This document shows, piece after piece, positions 1 through 10,448 of a stretch of 59,558 nt of DNA; the stretch's first letter is position 1, and each line of letters starts with the position of its first letter. The notes beneath the pieces were generated by a model. It did no database searches. It was not told where the DNA came from and was given only the letters and a program-made list of their open reading frames with translations. The DNA is taken from contig RPOR01000007.1 in assembly GCA_003820645.1 (NCBI GenBank), forward strand, positions 1 to 59,558. Direction: 5' to 3'. The position numbers and the translations under genes are program-made. This DNA is from Betaproteobacteria bacterium (lineage in GTDB: Bacteria; Pseudomonadota; Gammaproteobacteria; Burkholderiales; SG8-41).

Positions 1-105
1 AGCGGGCGCAGCGGAGGCTGCGTGCTGGGCGCGGGCGGCGCCGACCACCCCGAGCGCGGACAACGTCGCCAGTACGGCGCGGCGTCTCGGCAGGAACACG
101 TTCAT
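1..105 (-). CDS. 5' end (partial, runs off window) of a Tat-exported protein, probably AttH/lipocalin-like (carotenoid 1,2-hydratase-like) partner of the adjacent ABC system
   Basis: Manual translation from ATG at 105 gives MNVFLPRRRAVLATLSALGVVGAARAQHA: twin-arginine motif, hydrophobic core, A-x-A site. Lies 16 nt downstream of the permease stop. Product inferred only from typical gene context. Confidence 0.55.
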   Translation of the reverse strand, partial: MNVFLPRRRAVLATLSALGVVGAARAQHAASAAPA

Positions 106-121
106 GGACTCATTTCCCGCA

Positions 122-2632
122 TCACCAATCCTCACGTACCGCGCGCACCACGTCGTGCCGCATGACGAAGCGTGCGCTGATCGCGGCGGTCAGCGCGGCG
201 CACAGCACGATTCCGATTAACAATGCCGTCAATGCCGGCCAGGGCACGGCGAGTTCCATGCTCCAGTGAAAGGATTGCCGGTTGATCACCCGGATCAGGA
301 TCAGGCCGATTACGCTACCGGTCGCCAGACCGCATAAGGCGCCGATCAGGGCCGTCAATGCGCCTTCGCCGGCGAGCATGATGCCGATTTCGCGGCGCGT
401 CATGCCCAGATGACGCAACACGCCGAATTCACGTCGGCGGGCGAGCGCCTGGGCGCTGAACGCCAGGCTGACGCCAACCAGCCCGATCATGAGGGCCGCG
501 ATTTCCAGCGCCCAGGTGATGGCGAACGTGCGGTCGAAAATGGCGAGCGAGAGGCGGCGGATTTCGGCGGCGCTGGTGATTTCAACGGGGGCATCGCTGC
601 GCAGTGCCGCACGCAGATCACGCGCTGCAGCAGCAGGCGCTGCGCCCGGCGCCAGCCAGAGTGCCACATCATTGGCGAGGCGGTCGCCGGTGCGTGCCGT
701 GTATTCGCTGCGGTCCATGACGATGGCACCATTTTGTCGCGCATAGTCACGCCAGACGCCGGCTACCGTCCAAGGCTGAAGCGGATCGCCCACCGGCAGC
801 GTGACGACCTGACCGGGATGCATGCCATAGACATCGGCCACCAGTTCGCTGACCCAGATGGCCGGCGGCGCCCCGGGTGCGGGCAACATCGGTGCGCCGA
901 CCAGCGGCAGTGTGCGGCTGGCGTGTTGGGCATCCAGATCGCGCGCAATCAGCGTCACCGGTACGCGCCCGGGTGCCAGCAGCAGGGTCTGCGTGCGCAG
1001 GAACTCGGCGCGGGCGATACCCGGCAGGCTGGCAATGCGCTGCTGTTCCACTGGTCCGAGGTACGCAGTTTCACCACTCGCCGCTGCCCGCAGATACACA
1101 TCTGCGGGCAGCACGCGTACCAGCCAGTCGTCGAGCGATGTGCGGAACGACGTCACCATCAACAGCATGGCCACGACCAGACTGAAGCTGACGAGGATGG
1201 CGGAAATGCTGATGGCCGCGTGCCGCGGAGTGGCCTGCAGCTGGGCAAGCCCCAACGCATGCGGCATGGCTAGTCGCAGCCGGATACGCGCGAGCAGCAG
1301 CGTGGCGACCTGGGGCAACACCAATACCGATCCCAGCAGCAACAGTGCGATCGCAACATAGCCCGCCAGCGGCAGCCCCTGCACTGGCGGTAGCGATAGC
1401 AGTGCCGCGCCACCGGCGAGGGTCGCGAGGCCGGTTTTCACCGCCGTGCCTGACACGGGATCGTTTTCGGCGTCGCCGGCATGCAGTCCCTGTGCGGGAG
1501 GCCGGTGCGCGGCGGTCCATGCGGGCATCGCGGTTCCAGCCAGCGCAAAGCTGATACCGAGGCCGAGAAACGTGGCCAGTGTGCCGGGTTCCACCAGCAG
1601 ATCCGCCTGCAGCATGCGGAAGTAGCCGGCGCCGAGATCGACGCCGGCAATGGCCAGCACCTGCTGCGCCAGCACATAGCCAGCAGCAATGCCGATGGCT
1701 GCGCCGGCGAAGCCGATCAGTCCGCCCTCGGCGAGCAACAGTGCCAGCACGGTGCGGCGGGTGAGTCCCAGCGCGCGCAATAATGCAATTTGGGTGCGCC
1801 GCCGGAGGAGCGCCAGCACCTGGGTTGAGAACACCAGGAAGGCGCCGGTGAAGAGCGCGATCATTGCCAGCATATCGAGGTTCAGCCGATAGGCCCGCGT
1901 CAGGGCGACGCTGCGCTCGTTCTCGGCGTCAGGCGTCAGAGCATACACCCCCGGGGGCAGCAGCGACTGCAGTGCGCGCTGCACGGTGCGCGGATCGGCA
2001 CCGGGCTGGAGCCGGATGTCGATGCGATTCAATTGTCCGATGCGGTCAAAGCGCCATTGTGCAGCCGCAATGTCCATGACGCCGAGCTGCTGCCGGTAGG
2101 CACCGTCCGCGAGTATGCCGCTGACGCGCAGCCGTACCGTGGCCGTACCGACCTGGAAATCCAGCCGGTCACCGGCGGCCACGCCCAGTGCGCGGGCGGC
2201 GGCAGCGGAAAGCCGAATGGCATCGGCATCGAACAGGTCGGCTGCAGGCCCGGTGCCGCCGGCGACCAGCGCCGGCTGCAGCTGCCAGGCGCGCAGCGCA
2301 TCGAGGCCCACGACTTTCAGCGATTCATTGCCGCTGCTGCGCGATGCCGTCAGTTCCAGTACCGGGCTCGCCAGTGCGATACCGGGCAGGGTGGCAATGC
2401 GCGGGTACAGCGATTCATCGAACCCCGCCCGCGGGCCGCGCACGACGAGATCTGCCGCGCCGGCAAGCTGCAATGCAGCACGCCGGAATTCTGCCGCCGC
2501 GCTGGCGTTGATCAGATGCACGGCAACACCGAGCGCAATGCCCGCAGCGATGGCCAGGGCCGCCAGCAGCGTGCGGCCCGGTGTTGCGCGTAGCGGCCCG
2601 CTGACCAGCGCCTGCCAGGCGGCACCGATCAT
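122..2632 (-). CDS. ABC transporter permease, double FtsX/MacB-type (AttF/G-like)
   Basis: 836 aa with two repeats of TM + periplasmic domain + 3 TM; RRRTQIALLRALG and RRREFGVLRHLG motifs; C-terminal VRAVREDW. Confidence 0.85.
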   Translation of the reverse strand: MIGAAWQALVSGPLRATPGRTLLAALAIAAGIALGVAVHLINASAAAEFRRAALQLAGAADLVVRGPRAGFDESLYPRIATLPGIALASPVLELTASRSSGNESLKVVGLDALRAWQLQPALVAGGTGPAADLFDADAIRLSAAAARALGVAAGDRLDFQVGTATVRLRVSGILADGAYRQQLGVMDIAAAQWRFDRIGQLNRIDIRLQPGADPRTVQRALQSLLPPGVYALTPDAENERSVALTRAYRLNLDMLAMIALFTGAFLVFSTQVLALLRRRTQIALLRALGLTRRTVLALLLAEGGLIGFAGAAIGIAAGYVLAQQVLAIAGVDLGAGYFRMLQADLLVEPGTLATFLGLGISFALAGTAMPAWTAAHRPPAQGLHAGDAENDPVSGTAVKTGLATLAGGAALLSLPPVQGLPLAGYVAIALLLLGSVLVLPQVATLLLARIRLRLAMPHALGLAQLQATPRHAAISISAILVSFSLVVAMLLMVTSFRTSLDDWLVRVLPADVYLRAAASGETAYLGPVEQQRIASLPGIARAEFLRTQTLLLAPGRVPVTLIARDLDAQHASRTLPLVGAPMLPAPGAPPAIWVSELVADVYGMHPGQVVTLPVGDPLQPWTVAGVWRDYARQNGAIVMDRSEYTARTGDRLANDVALWLAPGAAPAAAARDLRAALRSDAPVEITSAAEIRRLSLAIFDRTFAITWALEIAALMIGLVGVSLAFSAQALARRREFGVLRHLGMTRREIGIMLAGEGALTALIGALCGLATGSVIGLILIRVINRQSFHWSMELAVPWPALTALLIGIVLCAALTAAISARFVMRHDVVRAVREDW

Positions 2633-3294
2633 GACGGACGTAACTCGCCTCCCGCCAACCGGTATACGCGGTCGGCGGTTGCTGCCGCCGCGGTGGAATG
2701 CGTCACCAGGATGCCCATGCTGCGGCGAACCTTGATCTGTTCGCGCAGCAATGCCAGCACCATACCGGCACTCGCGGCGTCGAGATTGCCGGTCGGCTCG
2801 TCGGCCAGCACCAATCGCGGCTCGTGAGCGAGCGCCCGGGCCACTGCGACCCGCTGGGATTCGCCGCCGGACAGCGTACCGGGAAACCGGTGAATCATGG
2901 CGGCGAGGCCGACCGCGGTCAGCACGGCATGGGCACGCTGCTGTGCCGCATTGTGCTGCACGCCATTGAGTTTCAGCGACAGCGCGGCATTGTCGAGCAC
3001 CGTGAGATGGGGCAACAGCAGGAAGGCCTGGAATACAAAGCCCATATCGCGACGCCTGAGGCGCGTCCGTGCGTCGTCGTCGAGCCCGGTCAGTTCCTGT
3101 CCAGCCAAGGTGACCGTGCCGGCGTCGGGCAAATCCAGACCGGCGATCAGGTTAAGCAGCGTGGATTTTCCGGAGCCAGATTCACCGATGATGGCGACAT
3201 AGTCGCCGGGGACCAGTTCGAGGTTGACGTCCTGCAGGATGCACTGCTCGCCTGCACTGCGATACGTTTTCTGCAACCGGGAGATGTTCAGCAT
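2629..3294 (-). CDS. ABC transporter ATP-binding protein (LolD/MacB family)
   Basis: Walker A GESGSGKS, signature LSGGE, Walker B LADEPTGNLD, H-loop VTH; ATGA overlap with the permease. Confidence 0.92.
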   Translation of the reverse strand: MLNISRLQKTYRSAGEQCILQDVNLELVPGDYVAIIGESGSGKSTLLNLIAGLDLPDAGTVTLAGQELTGLDDDARTRLRRRDMGFVFQAFLLLPHLTVLDNAALSLKLNGVQHNAAQQRAHAVLTAVGLAAMIHRFPGTLSGGESQRVAVARALAHEPRLVLADEPTGNLDAASAGMVLALLREQIKVRRSMGILVTHSTAAAATADRVYRLAGGELRPS

Positions 3295-3585
3295 GGCAGA
3301 CGCATTATTTCATGCGGGCTGCGGCGAGGGTGATGTTGGTGCCGATTCGGCAAGGGCAGCACTGCGCAACGAACACGGAGTCCGGGCAAGCCGATGGCGT
3401 TCGTTCCCGAGCGTAACGCGACACGCGGCAAAAGGGCATGCGTGATGCGGTGCGCATTGTCATGAACAAGGCGGCCGGATTCACGGCCACGGCACCGGCC
3501 GTGCAGGCCGGGACGGCGTTGCGCCGACTGGCCAGTGGTATCATGGCAGACGATGGCTATGTTTGAGTAAACAGGAGAAAATTAA

Positions 3586-4566
3586 TTGAAATCAATAGGT
3601 TATAAAGTATCGCCGGTGCTGATCGGGACACTGGCCGCACTCGTGAGCTGGCCGGTTGGCGCACAGAACTACCCGGCCAAGCCGGTACGCATGATCATTC
3701 CGTTTTCAGCGGGCGGCGCTGCTGATGTGCCGGGCCGCATCATCATGCAGAAACTCGGCGAAGCGCTGCGTCAGCAAATCGTGGTCGAGAATCGTCCCGG
3801 TGCGGGCTCCACGATCGGCGCCGATGTGGCGGCCAAGTCCGCCCCCGATGGTTACACCATATTCATGATCAGCAATACGCATTTTGTCAGCGCGGCATTG
3901 CACAAGAAACTGGCCTATGACTCGCTGCACGACTTCACCCCGGTGACCCAAATCACCAGTGCGCCGAATGTGCTGGTGGTGCATCCGTCGCTGCCGGTGA
4001 AATCGGTGAAGGAGTTGATTGCGCTCGCGAAGGCGAGGCCCGGCCAGATCGATTACGCATCTTCGGGCAATGGCAGCACCCAGCATCTGACCGGTGCGTT
4101 GTTTGCCAGCATGGCTGGCATCAACATGACCCACATTCCCTATCGCGGCAGCGGCCCGGTGACTTCCGATCTGCTGGGCGGGCAGGTGATGGTGGCTTTT
4201 CCCGGCATTGCCGGCATGCTGCCGCATATCCGGGCGGGGAAACTGCGTGCGCTGGGCGTGACCGGAGTGAAGCGCTCTCCCGAACTGCCCGATGTACCTA
4301 CGGTTGCGGAGGCCGGAGTCAAGGGTTACGAAATGGTGGCCTGGTTCGGGGTGGCCGCGCCGAAGGGATTGTCACGAAATATTCAAATGAAACTCCACGG
4401 CGATCTGCTGCGCGTGTTGAAGACACCGGAAATGAGCCGCAGCCTGCAAAAAGTCGGGCAGGAGCCGGCGTGGCAGGACACGCCGGAGAAATTCTTCGAA
4501 TTCATGACGGTCGAAGCCGCCAAATGGGCCAAAGTGGTCAAAGCCAGCGGGGCGGTGATCGATTAG
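3586..4566 (+). CDS. Bug/TctC tripartite tricarboxylate transporter substrate-binding protein
   Basis: Signal peptide then YPAKPVRMIIPFSAGG, VENRPGAG, APDGYT, HIPYRG motifs; TTG start after CAGGAG. Confidence 0.9.
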   Translation: MKSIGYKVSPVLIGTLAALVSWPVGAQNYPAKPVRMIIPFSAGGAADVPGRIIMQKLGEALRQQIVVENRPGAGSTIGADVAAKSAPDGYTIFMISNTHFVSAALHKKLAYDSLHDFTPVTQITSAPNVLVVHPSLPVKSVKELIALAKARPGQIDYASSGNGSTQHLTGALFASMAGINMTHIPYRGSGPVTSDLLGGQVMVAFPGIAGMLPHIRAGKLRALGVTGVKRSPELPDVPTVAEAGVKGYEMVAWFGVAAPKGLSRNIQMKLHGDLLRVLKTPEMSRSLQKVGQEPAWQDTPEKFFEFMTVEAAKWAKVVKASGAVID

Positions 4567-4596
4567 CATTGCACCGCAGCATCGTCATGACATCCG

Positions 4597-4625
4597 AAAC
4601 ACCGCCTGCGGGCGGTGTTTTTTTT
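4597..4625 (+). terminator. Intrinsic terminator
   Basis: AAACACCGCC-TGCG-GGCGGTGTTT hairpin followed by a T run. Confidence 0.85.
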
Positions 4626-4693
4626 GCCGTGTTTCCGGCCAAATTGTTACCATGCCGGCGGTAACTCGAATAACAGCCCAGGAGGAGCAGAAA

Positions 4694-5671
4694 ATGAAGT
4701 GTGCATCATTAATTAGCGTGAGCGCAGTACTCGTGGCCGGTGGCGTCATCAGCGCATCCGCAGCGCTTGCCCAGTCCTACCCCGAGCGGCCGATCCGAAT
4801 GCTCATCCCGTTTGCCGCAGGAGGCGCTACGGACGTGCCGGCGCGGATCGCCACCGCCAAGCTGGCCGAGCGACTGGGTCAGCAGATTGTGGTCGATAAC
4901 CGACCTGGCCAGGGCGGTGCTCTGGGTACTGCGGTGGCGGCTAAGGCCGAGCCCGACGGCTATACCGTACTGATGACGGCGACGCCTTTTGTGCTGAGCC
5001 CGCATATTTACAAGAAACTGTCCTATGACCCGCTGAAGGATTTTGTACCGGTGACACAGTTTGGCGCAGCGCCCAACGTGCTGGTGGTACATCCGTCGCT
5101 CGGGGCAAAATCGGTCAAGGATGTGATTGCGCTGGCGAAAAGCCAGCCCGGCAAGCTCGACTGGGCATCATCGGGCACCGGTGGTTTTCAGCATCTCTCC
5201 GGCGAATTGTTCATGACGATGGCGGGCGTGAAGGTCACGCACATTTCCTACAAAGGCAGTGGTGCTGCCATCGCTGACATGCTCGGTGGCCAGGTGAAAA
5301 TCGGTTTTCCGGGCATCGCCATCGCGCTGTCCCACCATAATGCCGGACGGCTGCGGGCATTGGGTGTGACGACCGCAAAACGCTCGCCGCAGATGCCGGA
5401 CATCCCCAGCATCGCCGAAGCGGGCCTGACGGGATATGACGCGACGTTCTGGATGGGCTTGACGGTGCCGACCGGTACGCCGAAACCGATCATTGACAAG
5501 TTGCACAAGGAAACGACCGCGTTGTTGCAGTCGCAGGACATCATCAACGCGTTTCGCAAGGCGGGTACTGAGCCGGCGCCCTCCGATCCGCAGCAATTCC
5601 GCAAATTTATTGTTTCGGAGTACCAGAAATGGGGCAAGGTGATCCGCGAGGCGGGGATCAAGGCCAACTAG
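4694..5671 (+). CDS. Bug/TctC substrate-binding protein
   Basis: YPERPIRMLIPFAAGG, VDNRPGQG, EPDGYT motifs; start moved to ATG 4694 after GGAGGAG. Confidence 0.9.
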   Translation: MKCASLISVSAVLVAGGVISASAALAQSYPERPIRMLIPFAAGGATDVPARIATAKLAERLGQQIVVDNRPGQGGALGTAVAAKAEPDGYTVLMTATPFVLSPHIYKKLSYDPLKDFVPVTQFGAAPNVLVVHPSLGAKSVKDVIALAKSQPGKLDWASSGTGGFQHLSGELFMTMAGVKVTHISYKGSGAAIADMLGGQVKIGFPGIAIALSHHNAGRLRALGVTTAKRSPQMPDIPSIAEAGLTGYDATFWMGLTVPTGTPKPIIDKLHKETTALLQSQDIINAFRKAGTEPAPSDPQQFRKFIVSEYQKWGKVIREAGIKAN

Positions 5672-5687
5672 GCGTGCATCGCCGAAC

Positions 5688-5719
5688 AGACAACGCCGCC
5701 TCCGGGCGGCGTTGTCTTT
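5688..5719. terminator. Intrinsic terminator between convergent genes
   Basis: AGACAACGCCGCC-TCCG-GGCGGCGTTGTCT perfect 13-bp stem. Confidence 0.8.
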
Positions 5720-5731
5720 GATACGCGGTAT

Positions 5732-6613
5732 TTATGCAGCGCTCCGCTCCGGCCACATCGCTGCAAGGCCGTCGGCGTCAGTGGCCATGATGGTGGTGCG
5801 GATCATGTAGCGGGGCTGATCCATGGGCCAGGGCCGGCCCCGGTGCATGGTTGCACGGTTATCCCACATGATGACGTCGCCCGCCTGCCAGCGGTGTTGG
5901 TAGACATGCTCCGGCTGCGTGGCGAGGGTCGTCAGTTCAGCGATCAGTTGCAAAGCCTCCTCGCGCCCCATGCCGTCGATGCCGCAGGTATGCGAAGCGA
6001 TATACAGCGCATCGCGGCCGTTGACCGGGTTGCGCCAGCGCATGCGCCAGGATACGGGCGGCATCGTGGTACGCTCACGTTCGGAAGCGAGGTGGGGCGT
6101 AATCTTGCCGCGGGAGTGCGCATAGTCATGCCACGCATAGGCGGTATCGAGTTTTCGGCGGAGATCTTCGGGCAGCCGCTCCCAGGCCAGGCGCATGGAA
6201 GTGAATTCCGTTTCGCCGCCGGTTGTCGCGACCGTGCGGCCCGACAGCACGGAAGCCAGCGCCGGCGGAGTCTTGAAGCAGCTGTCGGTATGCCACAGCT
6301 GGTTCGCCCTGGCCCGCAGCTCTTCCTTATGCCCTGGCGGTACCAGCGTGCCATCGGGCTCGACGTTGGTCAGGATGCTGAACGGTGTCCCTTCACCGCG
6401 CGAAGCGGCTTTGGCGATTTCCAGCGGCCCGAACCGGCGCGAGAACGCAACCTGCAACTCATCGGTAATCGGCTGTTGACGGAACACCAGTACCGAATGT
6501 TCTTCAAAGGCGGCACGCACTTCTCCGTAAGCGTCGCTGCTCGCGGCAATGTCGGCCATGCCTGCACCACGCACTTCGGCGGCAAACCCGGGGCCCAGCG
6601 GTATCAGTTTCAT
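5732..6613 (-). CDS. TauD/TfdA family Fe(II)/2-oxoglutarate dioxygenase (TfdA-like)
   Basis: NQLWHTD (HxD), GGETEF, WDNRATMHRG (distal His), C-terminal RTT. Confidence 0.88.
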   Translation of the reverse strand: MKLIPLGPGFAAEVRGAGMADIAASSDAYGEVRAAFEEHSVLVFRQQPITDELQVAFSRRFGPLEIAKAASRGEGTPFSILTNVEPDGTLVPPGHKEELRARANQLWHTDSCFKTPPALASVLSGRTVATTGGETEFTSMRLAWERLPEDLRRKLDTAYAWHDYAHSRGKITPHLASERERTTMPPVSWRMRWRNPVNGRDALYIASHTCGIDGMGREEALQLIAELTTLATQPEHVYQHRWQAGDVIMWDNRATMHRGRPWPMDQPRYMIRTTIMATDADGLAAMWPERSAA

Positions 6614-7092
6614 CGGTGCTCTCCAGAAACGGCCTGTTGCGCACGGCCTTGCGCAAGGGATTCTACGCCAGGGCGCATGGCAAACTGCGCAGGGGTCACG
6701 ATATGGAACGGCAGAGGCGGGCGGCGCCGCGCGAGCGCCAGCAATGTCTGATCTCTGGTTACCAGATAATGGGCGTCGACGCCGGCGGCCAATTCGAGAA
6801 ATTTCTGGTCATCCGGGTCAGTGCATTTTGGCAGTGCGGCGGTGCGGCAGGCCTCCATCATGCGGGCAACCGTCCGGCATTGAACGATGCAGGCGGTCTG
6901 GCGCTCGACATCCAGCGCCCATTTCTGCAGCGGATAAGCGAGCACGCGCAGCAACTCGGATGTGCATGCGGCATTGATTACGATTTCGGCTTCACCGCAG
7001 GCGACCGCCGACCGCAGCGGTTTCACGCTGTGATCGTGAAATACCAGCCAGTCCAGCCAGACATTAGTGTCGAGTACCAACCGCAGCGGCAT
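6610..7092 (-). CDS. PIN-domain protein (putative toxin-like PIN family)
   Basis: LVLDTNVWLD, CTDPDDQKFLELA and LVTRDQTLL motifs; start set at ATG 7092; ATGA overlap with the dioxygenase. Confidence 0.82.
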   Translation of the reverse strand: MPLRLVLDTNVWLDWLVFHDHSVKPLRSAVACGEAEIVINAACTSELLRVLAYPLQKWALDVERQTACIVQCRTVARMMEACRTAALPKCTDPDDQKFLELAAGVDAHYLVTRDQTLLALARRRPPLPFHIVTPAQFAMRPGVESLAQGRAQQAVSGEHR

Positions 7093-7097
7093 GCCGG

Positions 7098-7538
7098 TCA
7101 GCCGGATCTTGCCACGGCCGGCTTGTGCGATTTCCACGTCGATGTCGCGCAGGCAATCATTTCACCTTGCTGATCGACAAGTTCTGCGCGCAGAAACGAA
7201 ATGCTGCGGCCATGGCGGATGAATTGTGCGGTGCAGGTCAGGCGCCCGGCTTTGGCTGCTTTCAGGTACTGCACCTTCATTTCCAGCGTCGCGCCAGCGC
7301 CGCTGGTACGGTGCAACAGATGGCCCATCGCGATGTCCAGCACGAAGGCACTGATGCCGCCGTGCAGTCCACCCTGTGGGTTGAACATGAAGTCCTTGAG
7401 GTCGAAGTCGATGCGGCATTCATTTTCGGTGTAGCTCAGTTCAAGACCAAACAGGCGGGCGAGGAAAAACTTGCCGAATTCCTGCTCGTAAGTGGCCAGC
7501 GCCTGTTCGAAGGCGTGGCGAGCGACTATTTCATCCAT
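7098..7538 (-). CDS. PaaI family thioesterase (hotdog fold)
   Basis: NPQGGLHGG...D motif, TLEMKVQYL. Confidence 0.88.
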   Translation of the reverse strand: MDEIVARHAFEQALATYEQEFGKFFLARLFGLELSYTENECRIDFDLKDFMFNPQGGLHGGISAFVLDIAMGHLLHRTSGAGATLEMKVQYLKAAKAGRLTCTAQFIRHGRSISFLRAELVDQQGEMIACATSTWKSHKPAVARSG

Positions 7539-7678
7539 GTGGTGTGGGCCGCGGCAGCTGAGAAAAACCGCAATGCTAACACTGCAGCATATTGCCGCTG
7601 CGTGGCAACCGGGCGATGCTTTGCTATATTGTCTGCGGCTGCTGCAGCAAGCTGCTGACGATTGCCGGAGGAGATGCC

Positions 7679-8689
7679 ATGCAGATCACAAAAAAACGGT
7701 CCAGCGCAGGTTGCTGGCAGGTCGGACTGTTCGCGCTGCTGCTCGCGGCGACGAGCGCCGGCGCACAACCGTCCACATGGAAACCCGAGCGGGTTGTCGA
7801 AATCATCGTCGGTACTGCGCCGGGTGCGGCGCCGGACAAGACCGCACGCGCGATACAGCGCCTGTGGCAGGAACGCGGCATATTCGACGGACCAGTGTCG
7901 GTGGTCAACAAGCCCGGTGGCGGCAATCTGATTGCCTGGACTTACCTCAATCAGCACGCCGGCAACGGGCATTACCAGATGATCGGCAATCTCAATGTCC
8001 TGATCAGCCGGGCCATCGGCCTCAGCCCATATGCGCACACGGATTACACATGGATTGCGACCCTGTTCGATGAGTTTTTTGCAATTTCGGTACGCGCGGA
8101 TTCTCCGCTGGCGAATGGCCGTGATCTGGTCGCGCGGCTGCAGCATGATGCGGGTGCGGTGGTCATCGGTGTGTCGACATCAATCGGCGGCGCCAATCAC
8201 CTGTCGGCGGCGCTTGCGCTGCAGCGCGCCGGCATCGATCCGCGCCGCGTCAAATTCGTCGCCTTCAAGGGCAGTGCGCAATCCGTGACCGCACTGCTCG
8301 GCGGCCACGTTGATGCGGTATCGACCGCAGTGTCGGCCGTGGTGCCGTTGATGCGCAGCGGGCAGCTGCGGACCATCACCGTGTCGTCGCCGCAGCGCCT
8401 GGGCGGACCACTGGCGACCGTGCCGACATGGCTGGAGCAGGGCGTCCAAGGCACCATGACCAATTTTCGCGCAGTGATTGCCCCGAAGGGGACGGATGCG
8501 GCCGCCGTAAGATTCTGGGAACATCGCTACGCGCAACTCGCCAAGCAGGACGAATGGAAGAAGGATCTCGAGCGCAATCTGTGGGCAGAAAATTTTCTTG
8601 ATGCCGGGAAAACCGTCGCGGCGGTGACCGAATATGCCGCTGCGGTTGAAACACTGGTCGGCACGCTGGGATTGCGCAAGTCGCCCTGA
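7679..8689 (+). CDS. Bug/TctC substrate-binding protein (TctC-like subgroup)
   Basis: Signal peptide, WKPERVVEIIVGTAPG, VVNKPGGG, ALLGGHVD; start ATG 7679 after GGAGGAG. Confidence 0.85.
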   Translation: MQITKKRSSAGCWQVGLFALLLAATSAGAQPSTWKPERVVEIIVGTAPGAAPDKTARAIQRLWQERGIFDGPVSVVNKPGGGNLIAWTYLNQHAGNGHYQMIGNLNVLISRAIGLSPYAHTDYTWIATLFDEFFAISVRADSPLANGRDLVARLQHDAGAVVIGVSTSIGGANHLSAALALQRAGIDPRRVKFVAFKGSAQSVTALLGGHVDAVSTAVSAVVPLMRSGQLRTITVSSPQRLGGPLATVPTWLEQGVQGTMTNFRAVIAPKGTDAAAVRFWEHRYAQLAKQDEWKKDLERNLWAENFLDAGKTVAAVTEYAAAVETLVGTLGLRKSP

Positions 8690-8803
8690 CGGTAAGTACC
8701 GAAAGGATCCCCGTACGCGTGCTCTGCCGCGCGATAGGAATGTCCTTGTCGGGGGGGCAGCGGAGCGGTCGCCGCCGTCCACCCGGGTCGGCAGGGGCGG
8801 ACG

Positions 8804-10390
8804 CTAATGCTGGGGCAGACGGAACACCGATTTGTCCTGTTCGCTGAGCTGTGCCATCAACCCGGTTTCCCAGGCCAGATACTGTTTCATCGCCTCGCGA
8901 TTACCGGCGTGCCGGTCATGCACAAAGAACAGGTAGTCTATGCATTCGCGGTCGGCAGGAGTCTCCGGTGAAGATGCCGTCGGATTGCCGGCCTTGCTCC
9001 AGGCTGACATGCCGCCGTCGAGCAGGCGAACATCGATGATGCCCGTTTCCCGCAAGTCGGTTGCAGCGAGGCGCGCCACCGCAGCATCGTCGGCCACCAG
9101 TACCACCGGCGTCTGTGCACCCCGGACATCTTTGGCGACGCGTGGGCGTATGCTCCAGCTGCTGCCCGGGATATGGGCCTTGCGGTAACCCATGCTGGGA
9201 CCAACGTCCACAACCGTGCAGTCCTTCGTATCGAGCAGGGATTTCAATTCGGCGACGGAAATAACCGGCAACTCCGGCAATGGCGGCGTTGCTGCGGGCA
9301 CGCCGGCGAGCGGCGCCTTGACGCCACCCTCAAGTACATAGACCTCGCAGCCGAGTTGCTGCAGCCAGCTCGCGACCACCGGCGCACGGATATTTTCGCC
9401 GCCGTCGATCAGCACGATACGGGCATTGCGCACGCCCACCCACTGGTCGGTCGCCTGGATCAGCTGGCCACCGGGCGCATGCTGCGCACCCGGTATGCTG
9501 CCTGCGGCGAATTCCTCCGGAGTACGTACGTCGCACAGATAGGTGGTGCGGTCAGGCTGCTTGAACCAGGCCTCGACCTCTGCAGCCGGCACGCTGCGCA
9601 AATTGAAGCGCACCATCAGGGCCTGCGCCGCCTGTTGCTGTGCTGCGAGTGTCGCCGGATCGACAATCTCCGGATACTGGCGCGGCGAGCCGTACTCCAG
9701 CGGCAGATCCGCGAGGTACCAGCCCTGGGTGCCGTTTTCCAGCGCATATACCGGATTGGGTACGCCAAAATTGATCAGCGTCTGCGCGCCAAGTATCGAA
9801 CGTGTGCGCCCGGCACAATTGACGATGATCTTGGTTTTCGGACTCTTGACCATGCTGGCTACGCGATAGGGCAGTTCGGCATTGGGACAGCAGGTGCTGC
9901 CGGGAATGGTCATCTTGTGATGCTCGTGCACCGGGCGGCCGTCGAACAGCACGAAATCTTCGCCGGCTTCCCGCATTTTCACCAGATCCTGTGCGCTAAT
10001 GCGCGGCGTGTCGTAGGCGTGCTCGACCAGTTCGCCGAACAGTTTGCTCGGCACGTTGACCCCCTTGAACAATGCATAGCCCGCGGCCCTCCAGCCGCGC
10101 GTGCCACCGTCCAGCACGGCCAGGTCGGTATAACCCAGTGCAGCCAGACGGACGGCGGCACGCTGCGCGACGCCGGAGGCGCCGTCATCGCAGAGCACGA
10201 CCCGTGCGGACTTGCGCGGCACCAGCGGGGCGATGCCCAGCTCCAGGCGGCTGTAGGGAAGTGGTGTCGCAAACAGCAGATGGTCTTCGCCGAACTCGCC
10301 GTCCTCGCGAACGTCGAGCAGTGCAATTTCGCGGCCATCGTGCAGTGCATTTTGCAACTCGGCGGGAGCCAGCAAACGGGGTTGTGCCAT
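8804..10390 (-). CDS. Four-domain rhodanese-like sulfurtransferase
   Basis: Repeated rhodanese motifs (LLDVRE, FDGRP, LCDVRT, VVDV; LDGG/LENG/LEGG/LDGG); active-site-like loop NCAGRTRS. Confidence 0.85.
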   Translation of the reverse strand: MAQPRLLAPAELQNALHDGREIALLDVREDGEFGEDHLLFATPLPYSRLELGIAPLVPRKSARVVLCDDGASGVAQRAAVRLAALGYTDLAVLDGGTRGWRAAGYALFKGVNVPSKLFGELVEHAYDTPRISAQDLVKMREAGEDFVLFDGRPVHEHHKMTIPGSTCCPNAELPYRVASMVKSPKTKIIVNCAGRTRSILGAQTLINFGVPNPVYALENGTQGWYLADLPLEYGSPRQYPEIVDPATLAAQQQAAQALMVRFNLRSVPAAEVEAWFKQPDRTTYLCDVRTPEEFAAGSIPGAQHAPGGQLIQATDQWVGVRNARIVLIDGGENIRAPVVASWLQQLGCEVYVLEGGVKAPLAGVPAATPPLPELPVISVAELKSLLDTKDCTVVDVGPSMGYRKAHIPGSSWSIRPRVAKDVRGAQTPVVLVADDAAVARLAATDLRETGIIDVRLLDGGMSAWSKAGNPTASSPETPADRECIDYLFFVHDRHAGNREAMKQYLAWETGLMAQLSEQDKSVFRLPQH

Positions 10391-10448
10391 GCGTGCACCT
10401 CTCATCAACAAGGAGCCGCGATTATAGCCGCAGCGAAAGTGGCCGCGG

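Noticed and set aside
3292-3552. 11-bp direct repeat CATGGCAGACG at 3292-3302 and 3542-3552 flanking the intergenic region
   Set aside because: No terminal inverted repeats or transposase between the copies; could be chance.
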